Numbered from the stretch's first letter, positions 28,872 through 42,983 are shown. The stretch: 64,000 nt of DNA from Octopus vulgaris (GCA_951406725.2 OX597828.1:76012001-76076000), one strand, 5' to 3'. Notes: generated from the letters alone by a model not told the origin. Translations and numbers: made by a program.

Positions 28872-29321
28872 AATAAAATCAAAAACAGGACAAAAAAGGA
28901 TGACGCGGTACACGTGTTTCAAGCTTTATAAACGACCTATTCTTACATCAGTGTATAATAGATATAAAGGATAGTTTAAAGCTCTCTTTAGCCGCATGCA
29001 TTGTTATTCCAAAGAGTTACATCACGCTATGAAAAATATGAAAAGTACATGTATTTGTAAAATTTCATAACCAAATAGGCGTGTAGGGTATCATTGGATT
29101 TCGAAAATCTGTACATACTGTGTCACCAGTCAACATAGAGTGAAATTTTAGGGTTATGAAATTTTACAAATACACACTCTCAGGGAGATATGATATACCT
29201 ATTATTATGGCTAATACTACATGTACTTTTCATATTTGTCATAGTGTGATGTAACTCTTTGAAATAACAATGCATGCGGCTGAAGAGAGCTTTAAACCAT
29301 CCTATATATCTATTATACACT
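28870..29321. mobile_element. Fold-back element in (TA)n with hammerhead
   Basis: Inverted arms 28950-29053 / 29218-29321 and 29051-29072 / 29152-29173. Confidence 0.8.
28905..28995 (-). ncRNA. Type I hammerhead with mutated core (CUAAAGA)
   Basis: Stem I gcgg/ccgc; stem II gagcttta/taaagctt; GAAAC-acgt-GUA; the inverted arm keeps intact ctgaaga at 29280-29286. Confidence 0.7.
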
Positions 29322-29344
29322 TATATATATATATATATATACAG

Positions 29345-29391
<47 letters not shown>

Positions 29392-29424
29392 TAAATACTT
29401 ATAAACAAAGCGACTTTAAATTGA

Positions 29425-29480
29425 ATGGTACTGCCGAGGTGTCGAAACCATAATGATGTTGGTGGGGCAGCTGATGATGG
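29425..29480 (+). ncRNA. Non-circularly permuted hammerhead candidate, second subfamily
   Basis: atg-GUA | ctgcc gaggtgtc GAAACCAT…ggcag CUGAUGA; stem III atggt/accat, stem I ctgcc/ggcag; stem II weak (2 bp). Confidence 0.6.
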
Positions 29481-29799
29481 AGGTCTGTTGGTTTATTTTT
29501 GTATATGTGGAATAGTGTTATAACACACCCTGTTGGTATACATACATATATATCTGTGTGTGTGTGTGCTTGTGTGTGTGTGTGTGTGTGTGTGTGTATC
29601 TGTCATGGTATTTGAGGACAGAAATGAGTATTCCTCAGCCTGTATTCAACTATCAGGGAAGACCAGTGATATGCTGAGAAACACTCTTCCAGATAATGAG
29701 AAACACATTTACATGTTTTACATTCTGTCTGTGTGTGTTAGAATCTATTTGCTATATAGATTCGATATATATATAAATATTTTCTTTTTTCTTTTTTTA

Positions 29800-29886
29800 T
29801 TTGTTTCAGTCAATTGACGGCGACCATGCTGGAGCACCGCCATTAGTCGAACAAATCTACATCAGGACCAATTCTTTGTAAGCCTT

Positions 29887-29967
<81 letters not shown>

Positions 29968-30143
29968 CATATATATATGTATACACACAACGCACACATA
30001 CATATGGGCTTTCAGTTTCCGCCTACGAAATCCATTCACAGGACTTTGGTCGAAGCTATTGTAGAAGACACTTGCCCAATGTGCCACGCAGTGGGACTGG
30101 ACCCGGAACCATGTGGACGGGAAGCAAGTTTCTTACCACACAG
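29800..30143 (-). mobile_element. SINE family 2, internally deleted
   Basis: Similar to 4383-4832. Confidence 0.8.
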
Positions 30144-30263
30144 CGACGCAAAAATACAACGTTGTTTCTTATGAGTAAGGAAAAGAAAAAACACTGAGAG
30201 TTTCGGATGAAAATTGAATATTCGACACCGTAAATAGATTCCAACACACACACACATACAGGC

Positions 30264-30305
<42 letters not shown>

Positions 30306-30632
30306 GTGTCTTCATATGTGCGTGCAGGTGTGTGTATGCCTGTGTGTTTGTGTGTGTGTTAGTGTACGCTTGTGCAGAATCAATATAATACTTTGAGGAA
30401 TGTCATTCAAGTGCCATAACTTCAGCTGATGCTTAAGTTTTCTACTCCGTTAAGATGAGAGGCAAAAATCGACCCCGTGGAATTTGAACTCAGAACGGGC
30501 TAAACCAGAAGAAATGCCATTAAGCATTTTGTTCGACTTGCTACGACTTCTGCCACCTCACCATCTTCATAATGGCATTAATAATAACAGTAGAATCTCG
30601 GAGGTTTCCGTGTTTTCCAACTTCCTATATTC

Positions 30633-30684
30633 GAGGAATACTCATGTCTGTCCTCATATTTGAGGACAGACATGAGTATCCCTC
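30633..30684. repeat. Short hairpin: 19-bp perfect stem (24 bp with one mismatch), loop tatt
   Basis: atactcatgtctgtcctca-tatt-tgaggacagacatgagtat. Confidence 0.9.
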
Positions 30685-31138
30685 ATGCCCGTACTCAACT
30701 ATGAGGCCAGACCAATGTCATGCTGAGAAACACTCTTGCAAATAATGAAAACCGCTTTACAGGTTTTGCATACTTTTTTGAACATCTATAACTTATTTTA
30801 CTTTTTGGCTGACTATTGCGCAATATTTAGGTCCACTCCCATAATAAATGTAAGGAAATAGATGGATTACTGGAATGAGAATGGTAAAAGAGCTAATGCA
30901 CGGCATAGCATCGTGACTAATCGAAATTACTCTCTAAGTCAATGTGAAATACATGCAATACCTGGACGTAGCTGTTTATTCTAATAATTTGACTAGTAAA
31001 CTATTAGACAACTCGGTCTGAAATATGATACCTCTTCTAAATGCCATCATGAGAGAGAGAGAGAGAGAGACAGAGAGAGAGAGAGACAGAGAGAGAGAGA
31101 GACAGAGAGAGAGAGAGACAGAGAGAGAGAGAGACAGA

Positions 31139-31186
<48 letters not shown>

Positions 31187-32189
31187 ATCTGCATCAATTA
31201 CAAACAAATATAAAGATAGATTGATTGATATAATGATAAATTAATAGAGAGATAAATTAATTGGAAGATATATAGATGTAGAAATTAGTATGATAGACAG
31301 ATTGACAAATTTATCCCGAACGTGATATATCTCAGGAAGGTCCTGAGATGTGATGTATCTCAGGAAGGTCCTGGAAGGACTGGCTCCAAATTTTGGCATT
31401 GAGAGTTATACTAACACAAGAACAAGTCGCCATTTCATAATGCCAAAGATTCCACTCTTGATATGAAAATACAGGAACAAAGACTGCAATAACTCGAGAC
31501 TCATGGGCTAACAACCCTTGAATATTCTCTCGAACGACCCATGATACGTACATGACTTTAATCTAGATGTCTTCAAAACATAAGCTGGACCTCCTACTCT
31601 CAAGAGTCTTAAATGGATGAACTTCACGGCAGCAACATCTAAACCCACTTATTTACCAAAATGTAGCCAAGGCCCTCCAGCTGAAACAAGTAAAAGAGAG
31701 ATACCACTAGGTATAATGATGTACTGTACTAAAATATTAAAAGAACTAAATTTTAATTCATAAAGCAAAGCTTCGTATGTAATACCATAGCGACAGCAAC
31801 TGAAAACGTCACCCCATCAACATCACCGCTTCAACAATTTCATTACCGCCGCCGCCAACACATGGTCCAGCGCCACCGACATCACCATTATTTCAACTAT
31901 CAATACAACAACAACTACAAACAGCCATAATTACAACAAAACAACAAACAGAACGGAAGAAAATTTGACTAATTAAAACGGTGTACTACAAACCGAAAGA
32001 AAATAACAACAACAGCAACAACAATGTGAATAATAAAATATATTTGGATATCAAGTCAATAAAAATAACAATAACAACAGCTGGCAAACAATGAGAATTT
32101 TCATCTTTCCTTTAATTTTTTTTATGAATCTAGCATTGGAGAGTAAGATGATGATTTATCAGCTATCGGCGATATGTTCACAGTGAATC

Positions 32190-32260
32190 TAACATAATAA
32201 CAACAACAACGAACAGCAGCAGCAACAATAACAGCAACAACAACAACAACAACAACAACA

Positions 32261-32308
<48 letters not shown>

Positions 32309-32487
32309 GTAATAGTAATAATAATATTAGTAATAATATTAATAATAACAGTAATAGTAATAATAATATTAGTAATAATAATAATAATAATAATAATAAT
32401 ATTGATGATAATAATATTAATATATAATATATATAATAATAATGATAATAATAATAATAATGTATAATATATATAATAATAACAATG

Positions 32488-32551
<64 letters not shown>

Positions 32552-32602
32552 TGATGATAATATTGATATATAATATATATAATAATAATAATGATAATAA
32601 TA
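32190..32602. repeat. Compound (AAC)n/(AAT)n array
   Basis: Directly visible. Confidence 0.9.
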
Positions 32603-32706
32603 ACCGCTAGCGGTCTTCTTAATCAGCGAAGCACAACAGGTTGGGGAGTAAGAGATAAAAGAGATATAGACAGGAATAAAGTAATGAGGGAGACTCTTTG
32701 ACTCCA

Positions 32707-32739
<33 letters not shown>

Positions 32740-32928
32740 CGGATAGAGGTGGAGAGACAGAGAGGGATTTTGTATGTAAGAAGGAGAAAGGGACAGAGTC
32801 GAAGAGAAAGAGAGAGAGATGGCAATGTGCTCATAAGAGAGAGAGAGAGAGAGAGAAAGCGGTGGAGAGAGACATGAGAGTGTGAGGAAAAAATTGTGAG
32901 GTTCAGTCAGAGGAGAAACAGCTATGAG

Positions 32929-32972
<44 letters not shown>

Positions 32973-33383
32973 GAAGAAGAAGAAGGGAGGGGAGAGGGCG
33001 CTAACGATTGAACAATTGGAAGATAAAGGTGGAGAGCTGAAAGAGGAGGAGGAGAGGGTAAAGAACGAGCAAAGAAACAGAGACAAGATATTAACTCGAT
33101 TAAATCTCTTCAAGAAAACAATCTAATTACATTAAGTATAAATTCCGCGGGAAACAAAACACACCGGACTGTTGGCGGTGTGGTTGTTGCCGTTGTTGTT
33201 GTTGTTGTTGTTGTTGCTGTCGGTGTTGTTTTTGTTGTTGTTCTTCATTTCTAAACAAGCGAATCATAATAATAATGTTTGGCCAGTTTAGCATAACCCA
33301 GAAACCCCATGGCCCTCAAGTGCACACGCACACACACACGCACACACACACGCACACACACACACATCACAGGCACACACACA

Positions 33384-33431
<48 letters not shown>

Positions 33432-33850
33432 CACGCACACGCACACATACATGCACACACATATACCAGTAATCAAACATCTCTACAAAGCCCTACTACA
33501 TTCACATACACAAACACACGCGCGCGCTCACACACACACATATAAATACAGCATGTATGTATATACATGTATGTAATACATATGTGTCAATAGGCTTAAA
33601 TGTATATGCATGCAGGTATATACATAACTGTACATTTAAACACACACACACACGCACACACACGCACATATATGCGTGATGTGAGTATGTGTGTGTGTAT
33701 CTATGTGTGTGTGTGTGTACGCATATATGTATACATATATATATATATATGCATGTTGTACCCACGTAAATTTACATTTATGTAGATACCTACATAAATA
33801 TCTATGTATATAAATATATAAATATATACATATATAAATATATATATATA

Positions 33851-34078
<228 letters not shown>

Positions 34079-34312
34079 TATACATACATACATACAAACA
34101 AACTCGTACGAGTGCATTCACACATATATGTGTGTGTTTGTGGATGTGTGTGTGTAGAAATTTTCCTACATGTATTCAGATAAGTATGTGTCCGCGCATG
34201 CGTGTAGATCTTGATATGTATACCTGTGTGGGCCTTAATTTTTTTTCCAAATTACCGATAGAAATATCCAGTTTATTTCATCAAATCATTTCACAGTGTG
34301 CATGTGTGTGTA

Positions 34313-34343
<31 letters not shown>

Positions 34344-34349
34344 GCATAC

Positions 34350-34424
<75 letters not shown>

Positions 34425-34469
34425 CATACATACATCCATACATACATACATACATATATATATACATAC

Positions 34470-34543
<74 letters not shown>

Positions 34544-35117
34544 GTTTGCCTGTATGTGTAAGTGTGTTTGTGTGTGTGTGTGTGTGTGATTATATGTCCC
34601 GATCTGACTGTCGATAACCAATCGCTATATTCATGAAAAGATTCTGTACAAACAAACAGCTAGGACTATATACGCAAACGTATACACACGCAGTGCGCTA
34701 GTATACACATGAATGCAGAAATATATACACACATATCTATGCTAATGAAATCATGTAAATGTATAGAAAGAATCAAAACAGCCGAATGAATTTCAAGGAA
34801 AAAGCCACACGCACACATTGACTACTAAATATGCTTCTGCATGTTTAAATATACATATACATACATACAAATTTGTATGTATGCATATATTTAAAGGTAT
34901 GTATGTATAAGTATGTATGTATACATACATGCATACATGTGTGTGTGTATATATACTTTTATAGAAGTATATCTAATATATACATGCGTACATAGATTTA
35001 TTCGTGCACATGTAGAGAATAAAAATTTGTTGGTAACAGAGGTATCGGAATGGAGGTTAGTAAATTTACGATATGTGCATTGTGAAAAGGCTAATGCTAA
35101 TGACACACACTAACACA

Positions 35118-35191
<74 letters not shown>

Positions 35192-36352
35192 TGTATGTAT
35201 GTATGTATGTATGCGTATTATCTATGTGTGTCTTGATGTAAAAATTATTCATCAAGTTTATCTGTGTAGAATAAATTATGTAACTCTGTATCATACGATG
35301 CAGCGATCACTTAATTGAGCGTGATGCGGTTTGCTTTTTAAATAAATATACCTGGAAGACACACACAAATATATAGGTATGTATGTATGCATATATACAT
35401 ATGCCATATATGCCATTGTATAAACCTGTGTTTTTGTGGGGGCGGATCTTGTGGTGTGAATTAACGAGGCTACCTTTGTGACACATTCATTGAATTTGTG
35501 CTTTGTTAATATATTGTATTTTGTTGATAACTGTTAAAAATATTTTCAAATAAATTTCACATCTATTCTCGCTAAACTAAATCTGATTGCAAATGCAACA
35601 GCTTTCATCACAGTTTCTCGCTGCCCAATCTTGTGTTTATCAAATGTAACAAAGATGCATATATCAAACGATTTCCCACGTTGAGTATGTCTGACTTAGC
35701 GTTAAGAATTTTGCGATACCGCAGCCCAGGGTTCGATAAGCTGTGTCGCATATTACGAACATAGAATAGGTTTGGTATAGCACACCTTATTTTTCGGGAC
35801 GATAACTGTTAAATATCAACCAAATTTCGGGCTCAACGTCAGCAATTAACCTCTTCACTTCAGAATTACTCAATTTGTGCTCAAATCAGAAATAATTATA
35901 TTGCTTTGTCTGTTTGTTTTGTAAGCAGGCATAATATAAGTGATGGTGTTGCTTTCGAGGGGGAGTCGTATGGTTTATCTGATTGTTGTTAGATGTTTCA
36001 GTGACAGGAGATCCGCGCATAAACTGAGGCCTGTGTGGGTTATATGATAGTCATAGCTGTCTTTTGTGGTGTAAGATGTGGAAGTTGTTTGTCGTGTAAG
36101 ATAGAGTATATGTCTTATAGTATAGAAATAATGAAGATTCAGTTGAATTAGGTACTTCAGTTGAGGCACCGAGTCCGTCGGGCATTGTCTGTATATCTCG
36201 AGGTTAGGTGAACAAAAAGCAAATAAGTATTGGACCCTTTTTTGCTGAATCGATATTTCACGGGGACATAAACACACCAACATCAGTTGTCAAGGGATGC
36301 TGGAAGGACAGACACAAATAACAAATGCATAATTCACACGTACATACATACA

Positions 36353-36415
<63 letters not shown>

Positions 36416-36428
36416 ATATATATATATA

Positions 36429-36483
<55 letters not shown>

Positions 36484-36516
36484 ATCTATCTATCTATATA
36501 TCTATCTATCTATCTA

Positions 36517-36546
<30 letters not shown>

Positions 36547-36551
<5 letters not shown>

Positions 36552-36924
36552 ATATAAACGGCAGTTTGTCTGTGCGTGTTTCTGTGTGTCTGTTTGCTTG
36601 TACCCTCACCCTGACCACGGCTTTCAACCGATTCTGATGAAACTTGACACACACATAGCCCAATGTCATAATTCAAAACTAACACAGCGAAATTTTTGAA
36701 AAGTTCCCCCAGTTCTAAAAAAAATCGATACATTCGACATGGGGTCGAGAATCAGAAACACAAACCGCAAACTGTCTAGGGGACGCAACTCCACCTTTTT
36801 TACTCTCAAAAAAGATTTACCATCATTTTTTCCATTTTTTTGCTACTTTTTGGCTATAACTCTCTAAAAATGCTTTATAGTTATTTCCCTTACAAACCTG
36901 AGCAACGCCGGGCGATACTGCTAG
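36547..36924 (+). mobile_element. Non-autonomous Helitron, copy 1
   Basis: 5' TC, subterminal hairpin cctgagcaacgccggg, 3' CTAG, between A and T in a TA tract. Confidence 0.8.
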
Positions 36925-37022
<98 letters not shown>

Positions 37023-37024
37023 TA

Positions 37025-37396
37025 TCTCTATATAAACGGCAGTTTGTCTGTGCGTGTTTCTGTGTGTCTGTTTGCTTGTACCTTCACCCTGACCACGGCT
37101 TTCAACTGATTCTGATGAAACTTGACACACACATAGCCCAATGTCATAATTCATAACTAACGCAGCGAAAATTTTGAAAAGTTCCCCCAGTTCTGAAAAA
37201 AATCGATAAATTCGACATGGGGTCCAGAATCAGAAACACAAACTGTCTAGGGGATGCAACTCCACCTTTTTTAACTAAAAAAAAAATTTACCATCATTTT
37301 TTTCCATTTTTTTGCTATTTTTTGGCTATAACTCTCTAAAAATGCTTTATAGTTATTTCCCTTACAAACCTGAGCAACGCCGGGCGATACTGCTAG
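37025..37396 (+). mobile_element. Non-autonomous Helitron, copy 2 (tandem)
   Basis: Highly similar to copy 1, same termini. Confidence 0.8.
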
Positions 37397-37409
37397 TATA
37401 TATATATAC

Positions 37410-38510
37410 ATTTCTTACTCCATTTCTTAGTCTATTTTTTATCCCATTACAAATATTAGTTAGTTAAATCTCTTAATTTCTTTTACACTTTAAAAATTAA
37501 TTCTGCTAATCCCAGACCTATCGTAGTGTATTGTGATGTGATATAATATAGCAAAATAATATAATATAATATAGTGTAGTGTATTATAGTATAGTATAAT
37601 AATAATATAATTGTTTAATTTCATTTAAAAACAACCCCATTTTTCTTTCCTTTCTAATGACCTCTTTGTAACCTGACAATCTATTAATAGTAACATTTAT
37701 AAATAAAGAAATAAATTGTTGACCTCAGTTCGAATTTTGTTCTAAACAAACTTAGACTTTTTTGTTAGTATCAAATTGTGCCCATCCCCTTAGCTTCCCC
37801 TTTCCTTTCTCTTTGACAGCTTAAATAGCAGTAACTGATTAAATTCCTATCTCCTTCCTCCTCTTTCTGTGATTCTTGAAAATTTCATTAACAACCTGAA
37901 CCACTACAATATAAGACTGTCATTTTGCTTCTCATTCGGATTCCCTGATATTTTCGCATGACTGTACCCTAAATCTCTCCACAAAACTGGATTATGTACT
38001 ATAAGGACATACACAAATTTTGTAAGTTCAAGACTTTTTCATCGGATCTCCAAAAATCGAACTTATCTGCGATTCTTGTAAATTTCAATAACAATCTGTT
38101 CCTCTACACGATATGACAGTCACTATGCTTTTACTCAGACTTTCCTCTACATGATATGGCAGTCACTTTGCCTCTTACTCGGATTTTCAGAAATTTTGCA
38201 TGACTGTATCCGAAAATTTCTTCATACAACTTGATCAAATATTCAATATGAGCTATATGTAGACATGCATAAATTCTATAGGTTTAAAACCTTTCATCGG
38301 ATCTCCATGAATCGAACTTTCTTCAATGCAGTTAATCTTACAACCTCTTTTGTATCTACCCCTTTTGATGTTTGGGAATTCTCTGATATTTTTTCGGCTG
38401 ACGAGTACGAGCCATCTGTATTCACTGCATTTTTTGTAGCTTATTAAAGATGTCCTCGTACGAAACGATCGTACCGAGATTTTAATCCATTCTTGTTGCT
38501 TGTTTCCTAT
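37410..38510 (+). mobile_element. TA-flanked non-coding element with ~200-bp internal tandem units and a 3' hammerhead
   Basis: Units about 37862-38061 and 38062-38320 share gattcttg..aatttca, gcatgactgta and ttcatcggatctcca; HHR near the 3' end. Confidence 0.6.
38392..38479 (+). ncRNA. Canonical type I hammerhead ribozyme
   Basis: Stem I tttcgg/ccgaga; CUGACGA; stem II gtacgag/ctcgtac; GAAAC-gatc-GUA (cleavage after 38473). Confidence 0.88.
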
Positions 38511-38861
38511 ATATATATACATATATATAAATATATATACGACAGGTTTCTTTTAGTTTCCGTCTACCAAATCTACTCACATAGCCCGAGGCTATATTAA
38601 AGACACTTCCCGAAGGTGTATGTTTTCAAAACATCGACTAGTTATGAGAACCCACCCAAGTAAAACAGGAAACCAAAAGGGTCATACGTCAAAAAGAAAA
38701 CGTGAGAGTCATAGTTATCGAGCTGTGAGTTGGATTCATCTCTTTTGTAGTTTATTGTGGGTCCTAATGTAGTTTGTGTTCTTTTTAGTTATATATTTCA
38801 TATTATCCATTGCTAGAACTGTTGTTCCTACGTTTGTCACTTTCTTGCATCACAACCTGTG

Positions 38862-38930
38862 TACAGTAATCCCTCGACTATCGCGGGTATTACTTTGCAA
38901 AACCCCTCGCGATAGGTGAACCGCGATATG
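38862..38930 (+). mobile_element. pogo/Tigger-like terminal fragment
   Basis: TA-cagtaatccctcgactatcgcgg terminus; no partner terminus found. Confidence 0.4.
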
Positions 38931-39039
38931 GAGAGGGATTGCTGCATTCCACTTTCAATATTCTTGTATTCTAAGGCGGCGAGCTGGCAGATACGTTAGC
39001 ACGCCGGGCGAAATGCGTAGCCGTATTTCGTCTGCCACA

Positions 39040-39435
39040 GGTATTCCTTTTGCCAGTTTTCATTATCCTGTCTGGACAATTTATGTTGATTTCGCAATTT
39101 TGTTTTATTTTTTACAGGAATGCTGCAGATGATTACGGTTAAGTCGGTGCCATCCTTCCACTTGATGCATGTCTCTACGGATTTGGGTCCGATTTAATGT
39201 CGAAATGTTGACACTTTTTCAAGTGGACAATTGCTGCCAACACGATCATGTCAGAGAAGAGTAGACAACTGAAGAGCCAGAAGTACAAACTTTCAAATAT
39301 TTCATTGCGTTCCTTGTATTGCTTATATTAGATGTTGGCATCAATATCTTGCAATTTTATTTCTGAAACATTTTCTCGATCCGATATTCATGTTGAGCCG
39401 CCAAAATAAGAAGCGTTTCTGATTTCCGTCTCTGT
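39040..39435 (-). pseudogene. Highly decayed R4/Dong C-terminal fragment
   Basis: Frameshifted SETLLILAAQ, HDRV..AIVH and CPD motifs in the same order as in 47421..49457. Confidence 0.4.
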
Positions 39436-39539
39436 CTTGTTGTCATTTCACTCATATTTTTACACCTTCTTCCTCCTTAATATCATCATCATCATGATCA
39501 CCATCATCATCATCATCATATTATTGTTATTATTATTAA

Positions 39540-39753
39540 AAAGGGAGCGAGCTGGCAGAATCGTTAGCTCACTAGACAAAATGCTTAGCGGTATTTCGTC
39601 TGTTGCTGTGTTCTGAGTTCAAATTCCGCCGTGGTCGACTTTGCCTTTCATTGTTTCGGGGTCGATAAAATAACTACCAGTGAAATACTGGGATCGATGT
39701 AATCCTGTAATCCCATCCCTTCAAAATGGCTGCCCTTTGCGGCAACATTTGCA

Positions 39754-39840
<87 letters not shown>

Positions 39841-39883
39841 GATGTTGCGGTTATTATTATTATTATTATTATTATTATTGTTG

Positions 39884-39953
<70 letters not shown>

Positions 39954-40600
39954 ACTGGGGGTGAGCTGGCAAAATCGTTACTACGCCATGCTTAACGGCA
40001 TTTAGGCTGTTGCTCCGTTCTAAGTTCAAATTCCGCCGAAGTCGACGTTGCCTTTTTTCGTTTTGGGGGTTGGTAAATTAAGTACCAGGTAAACACCAGG
40101 GTCGATGCAATAGACTTATTCCCTCCACCAAAATCCAGGCATTGTGCATAAAGTACACAGGATTATTATTATTATTAAAGGCGGTGAGCTGGCAGAATCG
40201 TTAGCACGATGGACGAAATTCGTTATTACGTCTGCTGCCCATTCTGAGTTCAAATTCCGCTGAGGTCGACTTTGCATTTCCTTGTTTCGGAGTCAATAAA
40301 TTAAGTAAAAGTGAAATACTGGGGTCGATGTAACCGTCTAGAACCCCACCCCACAATTTCAAGCCTTGTGCCTTTAGTAAAAAAGAACATTGTTATAATT
40401 ATTAAGGCAGTGAGACGGTAGAATCGTTAGCAGATCGGACGAAATGTTCAGCAGTATTTTGCCCCTCTTTATGTTGAACTCATCTTTTCATCGTTGCGGG
40501 CTCGATAATATAAGTACTGGTTAAACACTAGACTTGATATTATGGACCTACTCTCTACCCCGAAAATTATCGCCTTGAACCGTTACAAGTATGACTATTA
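39540..40600 (+). mobile_element. Four head-to-tail SINE family 1 copies separated by (ATT)n
   Basis: Heads at about 39540, 39955, 40178 and 40405; core ggtcgactttgcctttc…gtcgataaa; tail B (caggc.ttgtgc.t.tagta..aagga) clear in the middle two copies. Confidence 0.85.
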
Positions 40601-41162
40601 TTGAGTGAGAGAGCAGCGCAAGCCATCAAAGTGACACTGGGGTAGAATATAAGAAGCCCAATATATATATATCATTATTACTCATCTGATAAGGGTACAC
40701 AAGGCATATGCATGAGTATCACATGTGCACGACGTGGTGATCTTACAACAAAATAAACAGCGCATGAGTTTGAACATGGGGTCCAGTTAGAATTTTTTTC
40801 AGATCAAGTAGCCCATTCTGCGCAAAACATCCCTGAATAAAGTTTTTTTAGGGATGTTGAACAAAACGCCTATGTTTCCGGAGGTGAATTATTCAAACCC
40901 AAACGAAATCCTCTCAACAGATAGGTATGATGCTGGTCTGCTACTTCTGCTCGTGATGAGAGATGCACATATCGTCAGCCACTAAGGGACATGCTCAACT
41001 GGTTACGGTCAAACAACTGACAAGCAAAGCTACGGTATTGGGCAGAATATTTGCTGTCGCCCATCTTTTATACCAAGACAAAACAATGAACATGATAACA
41101 CTTCCAATCAGTTAAGATCAGAAGCCATGAGAGCCACTGCCTGGTAAGTAGCAGTAGTGGTT

Positions 41163-41207
<45 letters not shown>

Positions 41208-41864
41208 TATTTGTGGTGGTTAGTAGTAGTAGTAGTAGTAGTAGTAGTAGCTGTTGTATGTTTATATTTCATTCATTCTTTTGAGATTTAGAGACATGTT
41301 TAAAATATCGAAGAATTATAGAAAGTAAATATTTAAATAACGATAAATGAAAACGAAATTCTAAATTTACCCTGGGTGTATATGTTGGCAAGAAATACGA
41401 AACAGAAGAAACGATGTTTCTTAGTAAATGTCTGTCGAGAAAATCATTTCGGAAAAAAAAATATTAATAATAAATAAACCAGAGAAATACAATATAAGAT
41501 CAAAAAGCAAAATTAAAATATGAATGTTAAAAATTAATTTAAAAAAAAAAAAACAGAAACAGACATTTTTCTAATATTTTTTCCTTGTTTAACTAATTAG
41601 AGAAATTCACAGCTTGAACATTTTTTCAATAATTAAATAAATGAATAGGAAATTCTGTTTTTATGCGTTGCTTTCTGAAAATTTCAATGTTTTTGTTTTC
41701 TTGTGTTTTGTGTGTTTTGCTCTATTGTTATTTTTTTATCGCTGTCGATACTTTTGGAACGTCCGGAATATATTATTTAATCTTATGAGAATTTCTTACA
41801 CGGGCGTTTCGATTGAATGTCTTTTGTAAACAGTAAATAGCAATCTTCAGGCTATGTGGGAATA

Positions 41865-41913
<49 letters not shown>

Positions 41914-42140
41914 CCTTTCTACTAATCCTTTCTACTAAAGGCTCAAGGCCTGAAATTGGAAAGAGGGGACAAGTCGACTACAATGACCCCAGTGCTTGAC
42001 TGGTCCTTATTTTATCGACTCTGATAGGTTGAAAGGCAAAGTCGACTACGGCGGAATTTGAACTCAAAACGTAAGGATGGACGAAACGTGGCTAAGCATT
42101 ACGCCCGGTCTGCTGATGTTTCTGCCAGCTCGCTCTCTAA

Positions 42141-42227
<87 letters not shown>

Positions 42228-42510
42228 TGATGGTGATGATGATGATGATGACTACGTTGATTCTGGCACAAAGCTGACAAAAATCGATGACATCGACCTC
42301 GGTGCTCAACTGATGCCCATTTTATCGAACTCGAAAGGATGATAAGCAAAGTCGATTTCGGCGTGCTTTTGAACCCAGAGCTTATAGCGGACGAGATGCT
42401 GCTAAGCATTTTCTGCCGGTGTGCAAACGATTCTGCCAGCGGAAAGGATGTAAAATAAAGTCGACTGCAGAGGAATTTGTCTTCAGAACGTGAAACGGAA
42501 CAAAGTCTCT
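41914..42510 (-). mobile_element. SINE family 1 cluster (one full tail-B copy and two degenerate copies) in AAT arrays
   Basis: aatcctttctactaaaggctcaaggcctgaaatt…tctgccagctcgc. Confidence 0.8.
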
Positions 42511-42689
42511 GAGTATTTTGTTCTTAGATCTCTTCATACAAATAATTCCAGTTAGCGTTGATGAAACACGTGAAAGTTTTTTTTTTTTCTTAATTGCTGC
42601 TTCGGTGTTTGGTAACGGTGTTAAGCAATTGATTAAAAGAGAAATGAGTGTGGGGAAAAAGAATAAAGAGCCCCTTCGGACATGAATGA

Positions 42690-42983
42690 CCATGGGATTG
42701 CACCAAGAAAGTTATTCTCCGAGACACAAGTCAGGGAATGGGTGTTTATGGAAGACCAGACGTCGGCCATACTCACCAGTCTCCCCTCTCTACGCAACTG
42801 ATATTATGCCAGCGAAAGGTAATGACCGAGGCAGTTTGGCACCAGTGACGTCGCAACTCTTTTCTTCAGGTGAGTGAACTGTAGTAATGCGAAATAAATT
42901 TCTTGCTCAAGAACACAACACAACCTGGTCCAGGAATCGAACTCATTACATCATGATTTTGAGCCCGACGTTCTCATCACTGA
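42690..42983 (-). mobile_element. SINE family 3
   Basis: Head similar to 13288-13420. Confidence 0.65.
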
